Positions 51,316 to 63,455 of a DNA stretch of 64,000 bases are shown piece after piece. Source of the stretch: Octopus sinensis (taxonomy: Eukaryota); assembly GCF_006345805.1 (NCBI RefSeq), contig NC_043010.1:41540001-41604000 (forward strand), in the 5' to 3' direction. The notes beneath the pieces were generated by a model. It worked only from the letters and a program-made list of their open reading frames with translations. It was not told where the DNA came from and did not search any database. Position 1 is the stretch's first letter, and every line of letters starts with the position of its first letter. A program made the position numbers and the translations under genes.

Positions 51316-52379
51316 TACATAATCCTACAAAATATGAATAATGATACAATGTTGCATGTACTGTTACTATGGGTTTTACATCTATACCAGCTGTTATTAA
51401 TGTTACCGTTTATTTGAATGTTACAAGACCATTATGAGTAATGTTTCAAATATATTAGTGCTCTAAGACATACTATTACTGCAATATTAAAACGTCAACT
51501 CTGCTACTGATGTAGTTGAACTACATATTTGCCCTTACTGTTACAATGCACCTGCTGTTAACATGATTTAACTACTATTTTCGTATCTCTGTAACATTAG
51601 AACCTGTGTGTTATTACCATGGTGCCCCGACATGTCTGCTGTTCTTGTGGTGTTGAACTTGCCTGCTTTTATTATAACGACATATGTGACATATTTGTCA
51701 GGCTGGAATTATAATACAGCACAGCTATTTATTGACTTTATTAAAATATATTTCACAACAGTGCAACTGTGTCCAGTTTCTGTGGCTGAAGAGATAACCA
51801 TTTCAGAGAGAACCACTCTGAAATGCATAGATTCCATGGTCTGGTCAAGTAGTGCTGTGGGCTGATTTGGTGTGTTTATACCCATTTGTTTACAGTAAGA
51901 AATTTTCTCCCTTACAAAATACAGTGAATGGCTTTCTTAAGGGATTGAATATGCCTCAAGCATATTTGAACTGGTAACAAGTCTGTACATATTTATACAC
52001 ATCACTGCTTGGTGCTGTCATTCCATAGTATATTGCACTGTATAGTCATTATTGCTTTAGGTTACAGAATACTTGGTACTTTCATTGTGGTAAACCTTCT
52101 ATGTCAGCATTTTGCATGAAACACTTACTTGTACTTGTACTTGTGGCGACATTCACCTTGGGTAGGTTGAGTCGGCTTCTTCTACTCGTGGAAGAAGTTT
52201 CGTGGGAATGTGTGGATTTCACAAGCGGTCCCCAACAATTCCGCATGTAGAGACATCTTGTTTGCCGCAGATTGTCCACAGACGCAGAGACAGAACGACC
52301 GAGGAGCCGCTGGTTGCCGAGGTGAAAATCCTCGGAGTGTCTACCTCGGCAACCAGCACTTATGTGTGAAAATTATCAA

Positions 52380-52655
52380 ATGACTCTTCTGATACTATAT
52401 GCAAATAAAATACTTTTGATCTTCATCCTAGAATGTTTGAAACCATTCCTTGAACAAGAAATAGCTAAAGAACAGATTGGCTTTAGAAGTGGATATGGTA
52501 CAAGAGCACACAACCATACAACTTTCTTTTGCTACATTGACCACTTGCTGAATGTAAACCTGTTTGACGAGCCTAATGAGGTGTTTTGGGAGGCTAAGAT
52601 TAGACATGATGCACCACATGTGGCCATATTTTGCACAGCCAAAAAGTTCTTTTAT
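52380..52655. mobile_element. Old RTE-type RT fragment with an internal inversion
   Basis: + strand EQIGFRSGYGTR..FCYID continues on the - strand as MWCIMSNLSLPKHLIRLVKQVY. Confidence 0.6.
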
Positions 52656-52856
52656 AAAATATTGGCTGAAGGTTCTAATTTTAATATGAACACTTTAAAA
52701 TGAGAAGTTTTATATCAGAATCAGAGACTATCTAAGTTGGATTTGTATCAAAGGGTTTAAATATATTGTATTTGTTACTAGACATATATTATGTAAATTG
52801 GACTTTATTAATGTGATATTATAATGCATACCTTCTAAATTTATTTTTTCTTCTAG

Positions 52857-53009
52857 ATCCCTCTCCTGCTGTTATCAAAAGTGGACCTGAACACACATCT
52901 AACAGAACTGGTGGTATTGTTGTACTCTCATGTGAAGTAATGGGAAATCCTGTTCCAAATGTTATTTGGATGAAAACCAATGTGAACAACAAAACCATTC
53001 AAGTACCTG
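52857..53009 (+). CDS. IGFBP-related gene, exon 2: first half of Ig I-set domain
   Basis: Acceptor ttattttttcttctag|A; (D)PSPAVIKSGPEHTSNRTGGIVVLSCEVMGNPVPNVIWMKTNVNNKTIQVP aligns with IGFBP7 PSIVTPPKDIWNVTGAQVYLSCEVIGIPTPVLIWNK; donor CTG|GTATGT; 153 nt, phase 1-1. Confidence 0.92.
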
Positions 53010-53721
53010 GTATGTTTGCTACCATTTAAAATCCCTATCTTTGCTTTTATTTTATTTTTAGGTCTAAACATTTCCTTCTCATCTAAATTTTTTCAAGTAC
53101 AGAGACTCTATGGCAGTGTTGTCCAACTGGCCATACAATCCTCACCCAAGTTGAGTCAGGGCATAATTCTGAAAAGGTTACTAAGATAATATCCTTTACT
53201 TTTGTAATATTTCATAAAATGCACAATGTTCATGAATACATTATACAATAAGCCTTAAGCAAAAATTCTACAATACATTATTTACTGCAAACAAATTCTG
53301 GAAAATGCACCTTACTGAAATATCAAAAAGGGCTGAGGAATTACTGAGCTTCTGAAGTGACTCTTAATACTAAAAGTTGAAGGCATTTTATTTAAACATT
53401 TAGGTACTGCTCAGTTTGAAATAGGCATCAAACAATTTTGTACTTTATCAGTTAATAACACTGATGGAATAATGTTTTTGGATTTTAACTTTATCTTTTT
53501 AATCTGTTTATGTATTTTTATGTTGCATTGGACTATCTTCTTAGAAACATTAGGTTTAAAATGTTTCGTTGAAATTTTGTTTTTGGAATACTTAATTCAA
53601 CATGCCTACAAAGGGATTCTTATTGTGACAAAAAAGCAGTGCAATGATCTGATGACAGAAAATCCTACACAGAGATCCTCCACAATACAAGAACCCTAGT
53701 TATAGAAGCGATTGAATTGAT

Positions 53722-53950
53722 TTAACCCTTTAGCATTTAAACTGGCCATATCCGGCCAAAAGTATTCTGCTTGTTTTATGTTCAAACTGGCCATATCTGA
53801 TCTCTCACACCAACCCTACAATATCATCTTAAAAATTAACAGCTACCCCATCAAAATCTCATAACTACAAGATAATGCATGATTAGTTCAAAACAATGTG
53901 GATGAATAAGCATTAGTTTTGGCAGAATAATGTGAACACTAAAGGGTTAA
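53722..53950. mobile_element. piggyBac-type MITE, second family
   Basis: TTAA-CCCTTTAG...CTAAAGGG-TTAA. Confidence 0.8.
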
Positions 53951-54573
53951 AAAAAATCATAGAAAAGTATCTTAGTTTATAAAACAGCCAGTAGGAAAAT
54001 AGGTATTGCATTGCAAAATCTATCAGCCACTATTACATACAGTGAAGCTTTCGGGAGATTGCTGTACTATGATATTTTTTAAATTTTGGGAGCACCACAT
54101 GGTTTCAATTGCTGGCTTTAACTAACAATGAATACCATATGGTGTCTCCAGTTCATCCTCCTCCACAAATACTTTCTCTTTTTATTTCTGTTTTACATTT
54201 AACTGTGGTTGAAATGGTTTTACTGGAGTAATTGTTTATACAGCTGGCAGCACTTCCTCAAGCAGGTCAATCACTCAAGCAGAATTAGGTATCTTGTTTA
54301 GAGACGCAACATAATTGGAATTAATTCAGATTTCCTTGCATCAACTTATTAAAAAATATTAAAAAAAAAAAATTTTTTTTAGCTATTGCCCTTAACTTTG
54401 GGTAATTAAAATATTGCTTAGTGTTCACCACGCCCCTACACAGACATCATCTTGATTAATTAAAGCTGTAATGTTTGCCACTTTAGTTACTATGTATTTT
54501 CCATATAGACAATATTTCTGGGTAGTTATTCCCTTCGGCTTTCTGTTTTGTCATTCCACCATATGTACATATA

Positions 54574-54807
54574 TATTTCTTTACTGCCCACAAGGGGCTA
54601 AACATAGAGAGGACAATCAAGGACAGACAAACAGATTAAGTCGATTAGATCGGCCCACAGTCCGTAACTGGTACTTAATTTATCGACCCCAAAAGGATAA
54701 AATACAAAGTCGACATCGGTGGAATTTGAACTCAGAACGTAATGGCAGACGAAATATGGCTACACATTTCGCCCGGTGTGCTAACGTTTCTGCCAGCTCA
54801 CCGCCTT
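54574..54807 (-). mobile_element. SINE family A (other copies at 37997-38140, 44662-44862, 48772-49005)
   Basis: Family match; flanked by the ccatatgtacatatat duplication. Confidence 0.85.
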
Positions 54808-55465
54808 GCCATATGTACATATATGCATACAGTGTACCCCAGCTTATTCGTGGGTCAGCATTTGTGGTCCCAATTATTCGCGGATCTAATAAATGCTAAT
54901 TAACCACCACATATTTGCAGAATCATATATATTGTCTGCAATTTTTTATGGCTTTTTTCATGGTAATATATATTTTTTCACACTTTAAGTCTAAATTATT
55001 AACAACTAGTAGAGATACCTGGCCTTGCTCGGGATTAAAATGGCATAGTTTTTTTTTATTGTTTTACTTGTTTTAATCATGTGACCATGGCCATGTTGGA
55101 GCACCACCATTGGTCGAAGAAATTGAACACAGGATTTATTCTTTGTAAGCCTAGTACTTATTCTATCAGTGTGTTTTATGGGAACGTAAACACAGCAACA
55201 TCGGTTGTCAAGCAATGGTGGTGGTACAAACACAGACACACGCGCATGTGTGCACACACACACACACACAAATATATGCATATATACGAGTCTTCTTTCA
55301 GTTTCCATGCACGAAATCCACTCACAAGGCTTTGGTCGGCCTGAGGCTTTGATATATATATATGTGTGTGTATATACACAAACACACATACACACATATA
55401 TGGCTAAAATTTGCCCTGTTTATGATAATACCATATGCTAACATGCATATATATATATCCATATC

Positions 55466-55503
<38 letters not shown>

Positions 55504-55646
55504 TGACTGAAAATTCTAAGATTTTTTCAATTCTATTTCACTGTTTTCAGCATTTGCTGTTTCATTAAATTACGTTACCCCAAATCCCCAAAGAATATTT
55601 TTCTCCCTCCTGTTCTATCCTTGACCTGCCTAACTCTGGTCCCTGT

Positions 55647-55691
<45 letters not shown>

Positions 55692-55929
55692 GTTTCGATA
55701 ACCACTTGCTTCTCCAACACCTCCCCCTCCTCCACCTCCCCACCCTATATAAACTTGCTTACTCAGGTTCTGTTACTTCATTTTAATACCCCTGGCAACA
55801 GAATACAAATCCAGATGTTCTCTAATTTTGCTATTTCGTGGTATGCCTGCCCTCCTTCCCATCCCCACCACCTGTACCGGAAGCCCCTATCCTCTGACAT
55901 CCCTTGGTTTTCTTCCATGAACACTTCTA

Positions 55930-58474
55930 AAGGCTGAACGCCATCCACACCCCTACTTAGGGTTTATCTCTTATGTAAGGTAGTGATCATATAGTGCAAA
56001 AATATGATAGTGTTGTGTATGCAGGTTGAAATGAAGGCTATTTGTTTGTTTAAGAATTCTGCCAAATGCGAGCTTTCTTTTAAGGTACATGATGCTGCTG
56101 TCCCCTGTCCTAGGGTCTCGCAAGCCCACACCTCCCACACCCTCTGGGTTGTCACACTCAACGTGGCCACACTGAAGGGTAGGTCTGGTGAGATTGTTGA
56201 GGTGCTTGAACGGAGACATGTAGATTTGTGCTGCATCCAAGAAGTAAGGTGGAGAGGAGATTCCACTAGGCTCCTCACTGGCAAAGAACATAGGTACAAG
56301 ATTTTCTGGGCAGGGAACACTGACGGGGTCAGGGGTGTGGGTATACTTCTTGCAGAGAAATGGGTTGATAAGGTAATCGAGGTAGTCAGAGTCTATGATA
56401 GAATATGTAAGATTAGATTAGTGCTACATCACGGGTTAGCCTATGCCCTCAGCTGGGGCTACCTGATGGACAGAAAAACCGATTTTATTACAACCTTCTG
56501 CTGACTACCTCATTGCTGAATGACAGAGACCTTCTCTTTGTGGCTGGTGACATCAATGGACATGTTGGACAACATGCAGGGGGATTCCATGGCGTAAATG
56601 GAGCCTATGGTTTTGGTTCCTGTAATGAGGAGGGAACCAGGCTGCTGGAGTTCTGCGATGCAAATGGTCTTATAGTTTGCAATACTAACTTCAGGAAACC
56701 TGCCAGTCACATAGTCACATACCAATCTGGTAGACACACAAGCCAAATTGACTACATCCTCACTAGAAAAAGGAAAAGATGGCTGCTTATAAATGCCAAA
56801 ACCTTCCCAGGCGAAGAATGTACCCCACAACATAGACCAGTAGTTAGCGACTTCAGGATCAGGGCTAAATGGATGCCCAGAAGACGAACAGCATTGAGAG
56901 AAGGGGCTGGTAGCTTAAAGATCCTGTGAATGGACAGAGATTTAGATACATATTACCTGAAGCTTTTGACAAAATAGAGGGGGATATAGCATCACGTGAT
57001 GTGGAAGACAACTGGAGGTTTCTATGGAACAACCTGCTGATGGTAATGTGGTGGTGGAACAATATTATTAACAGGGCCATTAGGGGAAAGAAACAGGCTT
57101 GGAAGGACTGGAGGAATGGTGGTAGCGGGGAATTGTATCAGACTACCAGAAGGGAAGCTAGGAGACAGGTTTATTTAGCCAGAGGAGAAGCTGATTAAAA
57201 AAAATTTGCCAATGTTCTGTGCCATGAGGACTTGAGGTATTTTGTGTTGCAAGACAGTGTGTGAGAGAGAATTGTGATGTCGCAGGAGAGAAATGTGTCC
57301 ACATGGATGATGGTTCACTTGCATTAAACAAAGCTGCAAAGAGAGAGGTCTGGAGATGCCACTATGAAAGGTTGCAAAATAAAGAGAATGAATGGAAGAA
57401 AGAGAGTCTACCAAATGCTGATCCAACAGAGGAACCGACTATCTGAATTGACAGAAATTAAGAAATGAAGACACGGAAAGCCCCCGGTCCATCAGGAATC
57501 ACTGCAGAGATGCTCAAAATATCTGACAGAGCCAGCAATAGCCTGGTCACCCATATAGTCAACCAGGTGATACATGATGTTGTCATACCCAATGACTGGT
57601 GTAGCAGCACCATAGTCAACTGCTACAAAAGTAAAGGTGATGCTTTAGATAAAATTATTACAGAGGTATCAAGTTGTTGGATCAGGTAATGAAGGTCACG
57701 GAGAAGCTCATAGTCCAACTAATTAGGGAGAGAGTCAGTTTAGATGAGATGCAGTTTGGGTTCATACCAGGCAGCTGCAGCACCACTGATGCTATATTTC
57801 TGTTAAGACAGCTGGAGGAGAAATACCTAGCCAAAGATACCTGGCTTTTGTTGACTTGGAGAAAGACTTTGATAGGGCCCCCTGATCCCTTATTTGGTGG
57901 TCAATGAGGAAACTAGGGATAGATGAATGGCTAGTGTGAGCTGTGCAAGCCATGTACAGGGATGCTGTCAGTTAGGTAAGGGTTGGCAACGAGTACAGTG
58001 AAGAATTCCGGGTAGGGATAGGGGTACATCAAGGATCAGTCCTCAACCCCCTCTTATTCATCATAGTTCTCCAGGTAATAACAGAGGAATTCAAGACAGG
58101 ATGCCCCTGGGAGCTCCTCTATGCTGATGACCTTGCTCTAATTGCTGAGTCACTCTCAGAACTAAAGGAAAAGTTTCAGGTGTGGAAGCAAGGATTAGAA
58201 TCAAAGAGCCTTAGAGTCAACCTAGCTAAAACAAAAGTCTTAATAAGTAGTAAGGCGGACAAGCCACAAATCTCTTCAGGTAGATGACCCTGCTCGATCT
58301 GTAGAAAGGGCATAGGTAGAAACTCCATAAGATGTACCCAATGTAAGCTATGGACACATAAGAGGTGCTGCAATATCAAAGGAAGGCTAACTGGGAAGAT
58401 AGTTTTTGTGTGTGGCAAATACTCAGGAGCAATAAACAATGAAAATGTGCAGAGAACAGCTTCTGTCACATTCC
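55930..58474 (+). mobile_element. RTE-clade LINE pseudogene: APE endonuclease, RT and PHD-like finger; 3'-truncated
   Basis: TLNVATL..CCIQEVRW, AGDINGHVG, QIDYIL, PQHRPVVSD (APE); QFGF, GVHQGSVLNPLLF, LLYADDL (RT); frameshifts and stops. Confidence 0.93.
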
Positions 58475-58763
58475 TTGTTTCTGCCTGTCTCTGTCTCTTT
58501 TGTTTACTCTTGTGGATTCAATTTGGGAGAGAAGAAGACAAGAATGTGGGAGTGGTGTAATAGTAGGATGTTAAATAGTCAAGTGCCCTGAAAGTGACTT
58601 ATTGTGGATGGTAGTAATGATTGAATTCTTGAGATAGTAGTAAAGTAAGGAAGGAGGTGGTGGAGAGGAAGAAGATGAAGGGTTATTGTGCTTTACACAT
58701 AATCAACTTTGTATTAAAAAAAAAAACTGTACCAAACTACAGAGTTACTTTGATTTATTTCAG

Positions 58764-58937
58764 ATGATGACAGCAGTATTTCATCATTGATTCGTGGGGG
58801 TCCAGAACCACATGAGAAAACTGCTTGGATTCAAATTATTAATGTGCGTAAAGTTCATGAAGCTGACTACACCTGTGTTGCTTTCAATGAGTTGGGTAAA
58901 GATAAAGCAACTGCCCGTATCAAAGTCAAGGATGGAG
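58764..58937 (+). CDS. IGFBP-related gene, exon 3: second half of Ig domain
   Basis: Acceptor tttatttcag|A; (D)DDSSISSLIRGGPEPHEKTAWIQIINVRKVHEADYTCVAFNELGKDKATARIKVKDG contains the IGFBP7/KAZALD1 RGGPExHExTxW motif and the Ig DxxxYxC-type motif; donor GAG|GTTAGT; 174 nt, phase 1-1. Confidence 0.92.
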
Positions 58938-59030
58938 GTTAGTATAATTTCATAATTAAATCATCTTTCACTCTCTTTTTGTTGCTCTTTGTGATTTTAT
59001 TTTTTTGTGATATTTAGTTTCAGTTTGCCT

Positions 59031-59065
<35 letters not shown>

Positions 59066-59068
<3 letters not shown>

Positions 59069-59446
59069 AAGCACTCCGTCGGTTCCGACGACGAGGGTTC
59101 CGGTTGATCCGATCAACGGAACAGCCTGCTCATGAAATTAACGTGTAAGTGGCTGAGCACTCCACAGACACGTGTACCCTTAACGTAGTTCTTGGGGATA
59201 TTCAGCGTGACACAGAGAGTGACAAGGCCGGCCCTTTGAAATACAGGTACAACAGAAACAGGAAGTAAGAGAGAGAGAGTTGTGGTGAAAGAGTACAGCA
59301 GGGATCACCACCATCCCCTGCCGGAGCCTCATGGAGCTTTAGGTGTTTTCGCTCAATAAACACTCACAACGCCCGGTCTGGGAATCGAAACCGCGATCCT
59401 ACGACCGCGAGTCTGCTGCCCTAACCACTGGGCCATTGCGCCTCCA
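59066..59446 (-). mobile_element. SINE family C
   Basis: Reverse complement of 22482-22862. Confidence 0.88.
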
Positions 59447-59640
59447 TATACACGTTTGTATATGTGTATATTAATATATACACTGTATTTATTCACCAGT
59501 GTTTTCATTGATGTGTGTGCATATGTATGCATGCATATCATTCCCTTATTTTAATTTTCTTTGTTTGTGTATTTATTTATTCATTGTAGAGCTACTTAAC
59601 AGGCAAAGCATTTGAAAAATATATATTATTCATATATATA

Positions 59641-61457
59641 TCATCATCATCATCGTTTAACGTCCGCTTTCCATGCTAGCATGGGTTGGACGGTTCAACT
59701 GGGGTCTGGGAAGCCCGAAGGCTGCACCAGGCCAGTCAGATGTGGCAGTGTTTCTACAGCTGGATGCCCTTCCTAACGCCAACCACTCCGAGAGTGTAGT
59801 GGGTGATTTTATGTGCCACCGACACAGGTGCCAGACGAGGCTGGCAGACGGCCACGCTCGGATGGTGTTTTTTATGTGCCACCGACACAGGTGCCAGACG
59901 AGGCTGGCGGACGGCCACGCTCGGATGGTGTTTTTTATGTGCCACCGACACAGGTGCCAGACGAGGCTGGCAGACGGCCACGCTCGGATGGTGTTTTTTA
60001 TGTGCCACCGACACAGGTGCCAGACGAGGCTGGCAGACGGCCACGCTCGGATGGTGTTTTCTTATGTGTCACCGACACAGGTGCTAGACGAGGCTGGCGG
60101 ACGGCCACGCTCGGATGGTGTTTGTTACGTGCCCTCAGCACGGAGGCCAGTCATTGCGGTACTGGCTACGGTCACGTTCGGATGGTTTTCTTATGTGCCA
60201 CCGGCACTGGTACCACAAGGATACAAATTCCATTGATGTTCATCTATTTTGATTTGGTTCGATTTGATTTGATACGATTCGATTCTCACTTGCCTCAACA
60301 GGTCTTCACAAGTGTCACAAGAAGGAAGGTATGCACAGGTGGACTGACTACGTCCCAGGTAGGGGCCACGGATTATGGCTTCACTAGTCTTGCCGGGTCT
60401 TCTCACGACAGCATACTTCCATAGGTCTCGGTCTCTAGTCATTTCCATGGTGAGACCTAACGTCCGAAGGTCGTGCTTCACCACCTCGTCCCAGGTTTTC
60501 CTGGGTCTACCTCTTCCACGGGTTCCCTCAACTGCTAGGGATTGGCACTTTCTCACACACCTCTCTTCATCCATTCTCGCCACATGACCATACCAGCGCA
60601 ATCGTCTCTCTTGCACACAACAACTGATGCTTCTTAGGTACAACATTTCTCTCAAGGTACTAACGCTCTGTCGAGTAAGTACACTGACATTACACATCCA
60701 TCGGAGCATACTGGCTTCGTTCCTCACGAGCTTACGCATGTCCTCAGCAGTCACGGCCCATGTTTCACTGCCATGTAGCATAGCTGTTCGTACACATGCA
60801 TCATACAGTCTGCCTTTTACTCTGAGCGAGAGGCCTTTAGTCACCAGCAGAGGTAAGAGCTCCCTAAACTTTGCCCAGGCTATTCTTATTCTAGCAGTTA
60901 CACTTTCAGCGCACCCACCCCCACTACTGACTTGGTCACCTAGATAGCGGAAACTATCAACTACTTCTAGTTTTTCCCCCCGGAAAGTGACAGAAGTTGT
61001 TTTCTGCAGATTTTCGGAGGTCAGTGCTCCAGAGCACCTGCCACATACAAAACTATCTTCCCAGTTAGCCTACCTTTGACATTGCTGCACCTCTTATGTG
61101 TCCATAGCTTACACTGGGTACATCTTATAGAGTTTCTACCTACACCTTTTCTACAGATCGAGCAGGGCCATCTTCCTGATGATATTTGTGGGTTTTCTAC
61201 CTTTCTACTTATTAGTACTTTGGTTTTAGCTAGGTTGACTCTAAGGCCCCTCGATTCTAAACCCTCCTTCCACACCTGGAACTTCTCCTCCAGTTCTGAT
61301 AGTGACTCAGCGATTAGAGCGAGGTCGTCAGCATAGAGGAGCTCCCAGGGGCAACCGGTCTTGAATTCCTCCGTTATTGCCTGGAGGACTATGATAAATA
61401 GGAGGGGGCTGAGTACTGAACCCTGGTGGACCCCAACCTCTACTTTGAATTCTTCTG
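59641..61457 (-). mobile_element. RTE-clade LINE, 5'-truncated
   Basis: GVHQGSVLSPLLF..LLYADDL..PHD-like finger..RRLRWYGHVAR; 3'UTR; (GAT)n tail. Confidence 0.93.
59806..60120. repeat. 63-bp minisatellite, about 5 near-identical units, in the RTE 3'UTR
   Basis: atgtgccaccgacacagg recurs at 59811, 59874, 59937, 60000 and 60064. Confidence 0.92.
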
Positions 61458-61959
61458 TATATATAAATATATATATAAATATATAAATATATATATAAAA
61501 TATATACATACAATATTAGATATGTACATATATACATAAGGGTACTAAATGAGTACCTATATCGCTAATGATAGAAGTCAAAAAATACTTCTGTACCCCC
61601 AAATAGTCACAAATCTATTAGAGACAAGATAGGAAAAAATATCAGTGAACAATAATAATTTATTATTAATAATTCGCTTACCACTTGTGATAGTATTTTA
61701 ATAATACACTCGCATACACACACATATAATAATAATAAAAGGCGATGCATGGACAGTAGCAGTTCAATCCTGTCAACAATCAGGTCATCGGTGACTAAGC
61801 TGGCAACTCCACCAAGTTTGTTTGGTGTGGAGGACGATTTTTGGACATCCTGTGGGAGATAAAAGAAGACCCTCTCTTTTCATGAAAAGAGTCAGTGGCC
61901 ACTCAATTCTGTACAAGCATGCTTCTTTTAAATTCCTGCTGATTTGTGGGTACCTATTG

Positions 61960-62420
61960 GCAAGAAAAGTCTTAGAGAAAGCACTCTAAAATCATTTTTG
62001 TAGCTACCTATAAAAATGAAATTGACCACATCCTGATCAACAAACAACACATACTGCAGGGCATCCTGGTAATAATACCATTCAACACAGGAAGTGATCA
62101 ATACTTGCTACTGGTGAAGATTGTGATCAATGAAATTAAAAAGAAAAAGGCTTTAAGCATATCAATGAAAAATCAATGTGTCAAGGCTACCAAGCGGAAG
62201 GTTTGGAGTCAGCTTAGAAAGCTTGATAAGGATTACAATTCACTGGTACAGAAAATTTAAAGCTGCATGTGGAAGGCAAAAACTGCTGGCAGAAGAATCT
62301 CAGAGGAGTGGAAGAAAATTCTAGAATAACAGAAACCTATGAAGAGGAATATGAAAGATAACCTCGAGTAATCTGTTCTGCGAAAAGTGATCAGATGAGA
62401 CCTCAGAAATTACTGAAAAT
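61960..62420 (+). mobile_element. Highly degenerate RTE endonuclease-end fragment
   Basis: KNEIDHILINK..FNTGSDQ.LL resembles the APE C-terminal IDYIL..SDH motif. Confidence 0.55.
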
Positions 62421-62751
62421 TAAAGATTGACATAGCTGATACACCCTATGGATCACAATGTAGGTTCAAGGTGACAGACAAAGGAGTGATGAAAGAGACA
62501 TTCATGTATATATGTGTGTGTATGTGCATGTGTGTGTATACATATATATTTAGTACACTCGGTAATGCAATTGCAATGCAATAAAAAACACTGATGTTAG
62601 TTCCCTGTGACTGTGCCCAGTGGTGGGCTTACATTTTGGCTAACAAGAATGTGTTTGCTTGTGGATGTGCGCACCAACTGGCTAGTAAAGCTTTGCTTTC
62701 TTTTTATATAATATGAGAGAATGTGTGAGTGTATGTATGTAGATATACAGC

Positions 62752-63243
62752 ATCATCATCATCGTTTAACGTCCGCTTTCCATGCTAGCATGGGTTGGAC
62801 GATTTTGACTGAGGTCTGGCGAACCAGATGGCTGCACCAGGCTCCAATCTTGATCTGGCAGAGTTTCTACAGCTGGATGCCCTTCCTAACGCCAACCACT
62901 CCGGTACTGGCGGTACTGGCAATGACCTCGCTCGAATCTTTTACACTTGTCACTGGCACAGGTGCCAGTAAGGCAATGCTGGTAACAATCACGCTCGAAT
63001 GGTGTTTTTACGTGCCACCGGCATGGAGGCCAGATAGCTGCCCTGGCAATGATCACGCTCGGATCGTGCTCTTTAAGGCGACGCTGGTAACAATCATGCT
63101 CAACTGGTGCCTATTAAGTGCCACTGGCACGGAAGCTGGTTAGCCGCTCTGTCAATGATCACATGCGTATGGTACTCTTTGCACCCCGCTAGCACGGACG
63201 CCAGTCATCGAATTTGGTTTTGATTTTGATTTGATTTTTGATT
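62752..63243 (-). mobile_element. RTE 3'UTR fragment ending about 30 nt before the exon 4 acceptor
   Basis: Shared 3' end and (GATTT)n motif. Confidence 0.8.
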
Positions 63244-63272
63244 TATAATAAATTCTTTTCTTTTATTTGCAG

Positions 63273-63319
63273 AACACAAAAAAAGAAGAACTAAGCGAAG
63301 AAATCCTGACGTAAATTAA
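63273..63319 (+). CDS. IGFBP-related gene, probable terminal coding exon 4 (basic tail EHKKRRTKRRNPDVN*)
   Basis: Strong acceptor ttcttttcttttatttgcag; phase 1 compatible with exon 3; TAA at 63317-63319; followed by unique AT-rich 3'UTR-like sequence with AATAAA. Confidence 0.7.
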
Positions 63320-63455
63320 GTTTGTTTTCACAATATTTCTAAAACATACAGAAGAAAAGCAGACAATCTATTGACAAGATGTTATTAATTCATAATGTGC
63401 TCTATGAATTAAACTTGTCTCTATAATTCAGAGACACAATATGTAATTTAGAGAA

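Noticed and set aside
55930-58474. Active autonomous RTE
   Set aside because: Multiple frameshifts, stops, internal deletions and no 3' end
59806-60120. CRISPR-like regular repeats and a 21-aa repeat protein
   Set aside because: Contiguous units without unique spacers, inside a LINE 3'UTR, in eukaryotic DNA
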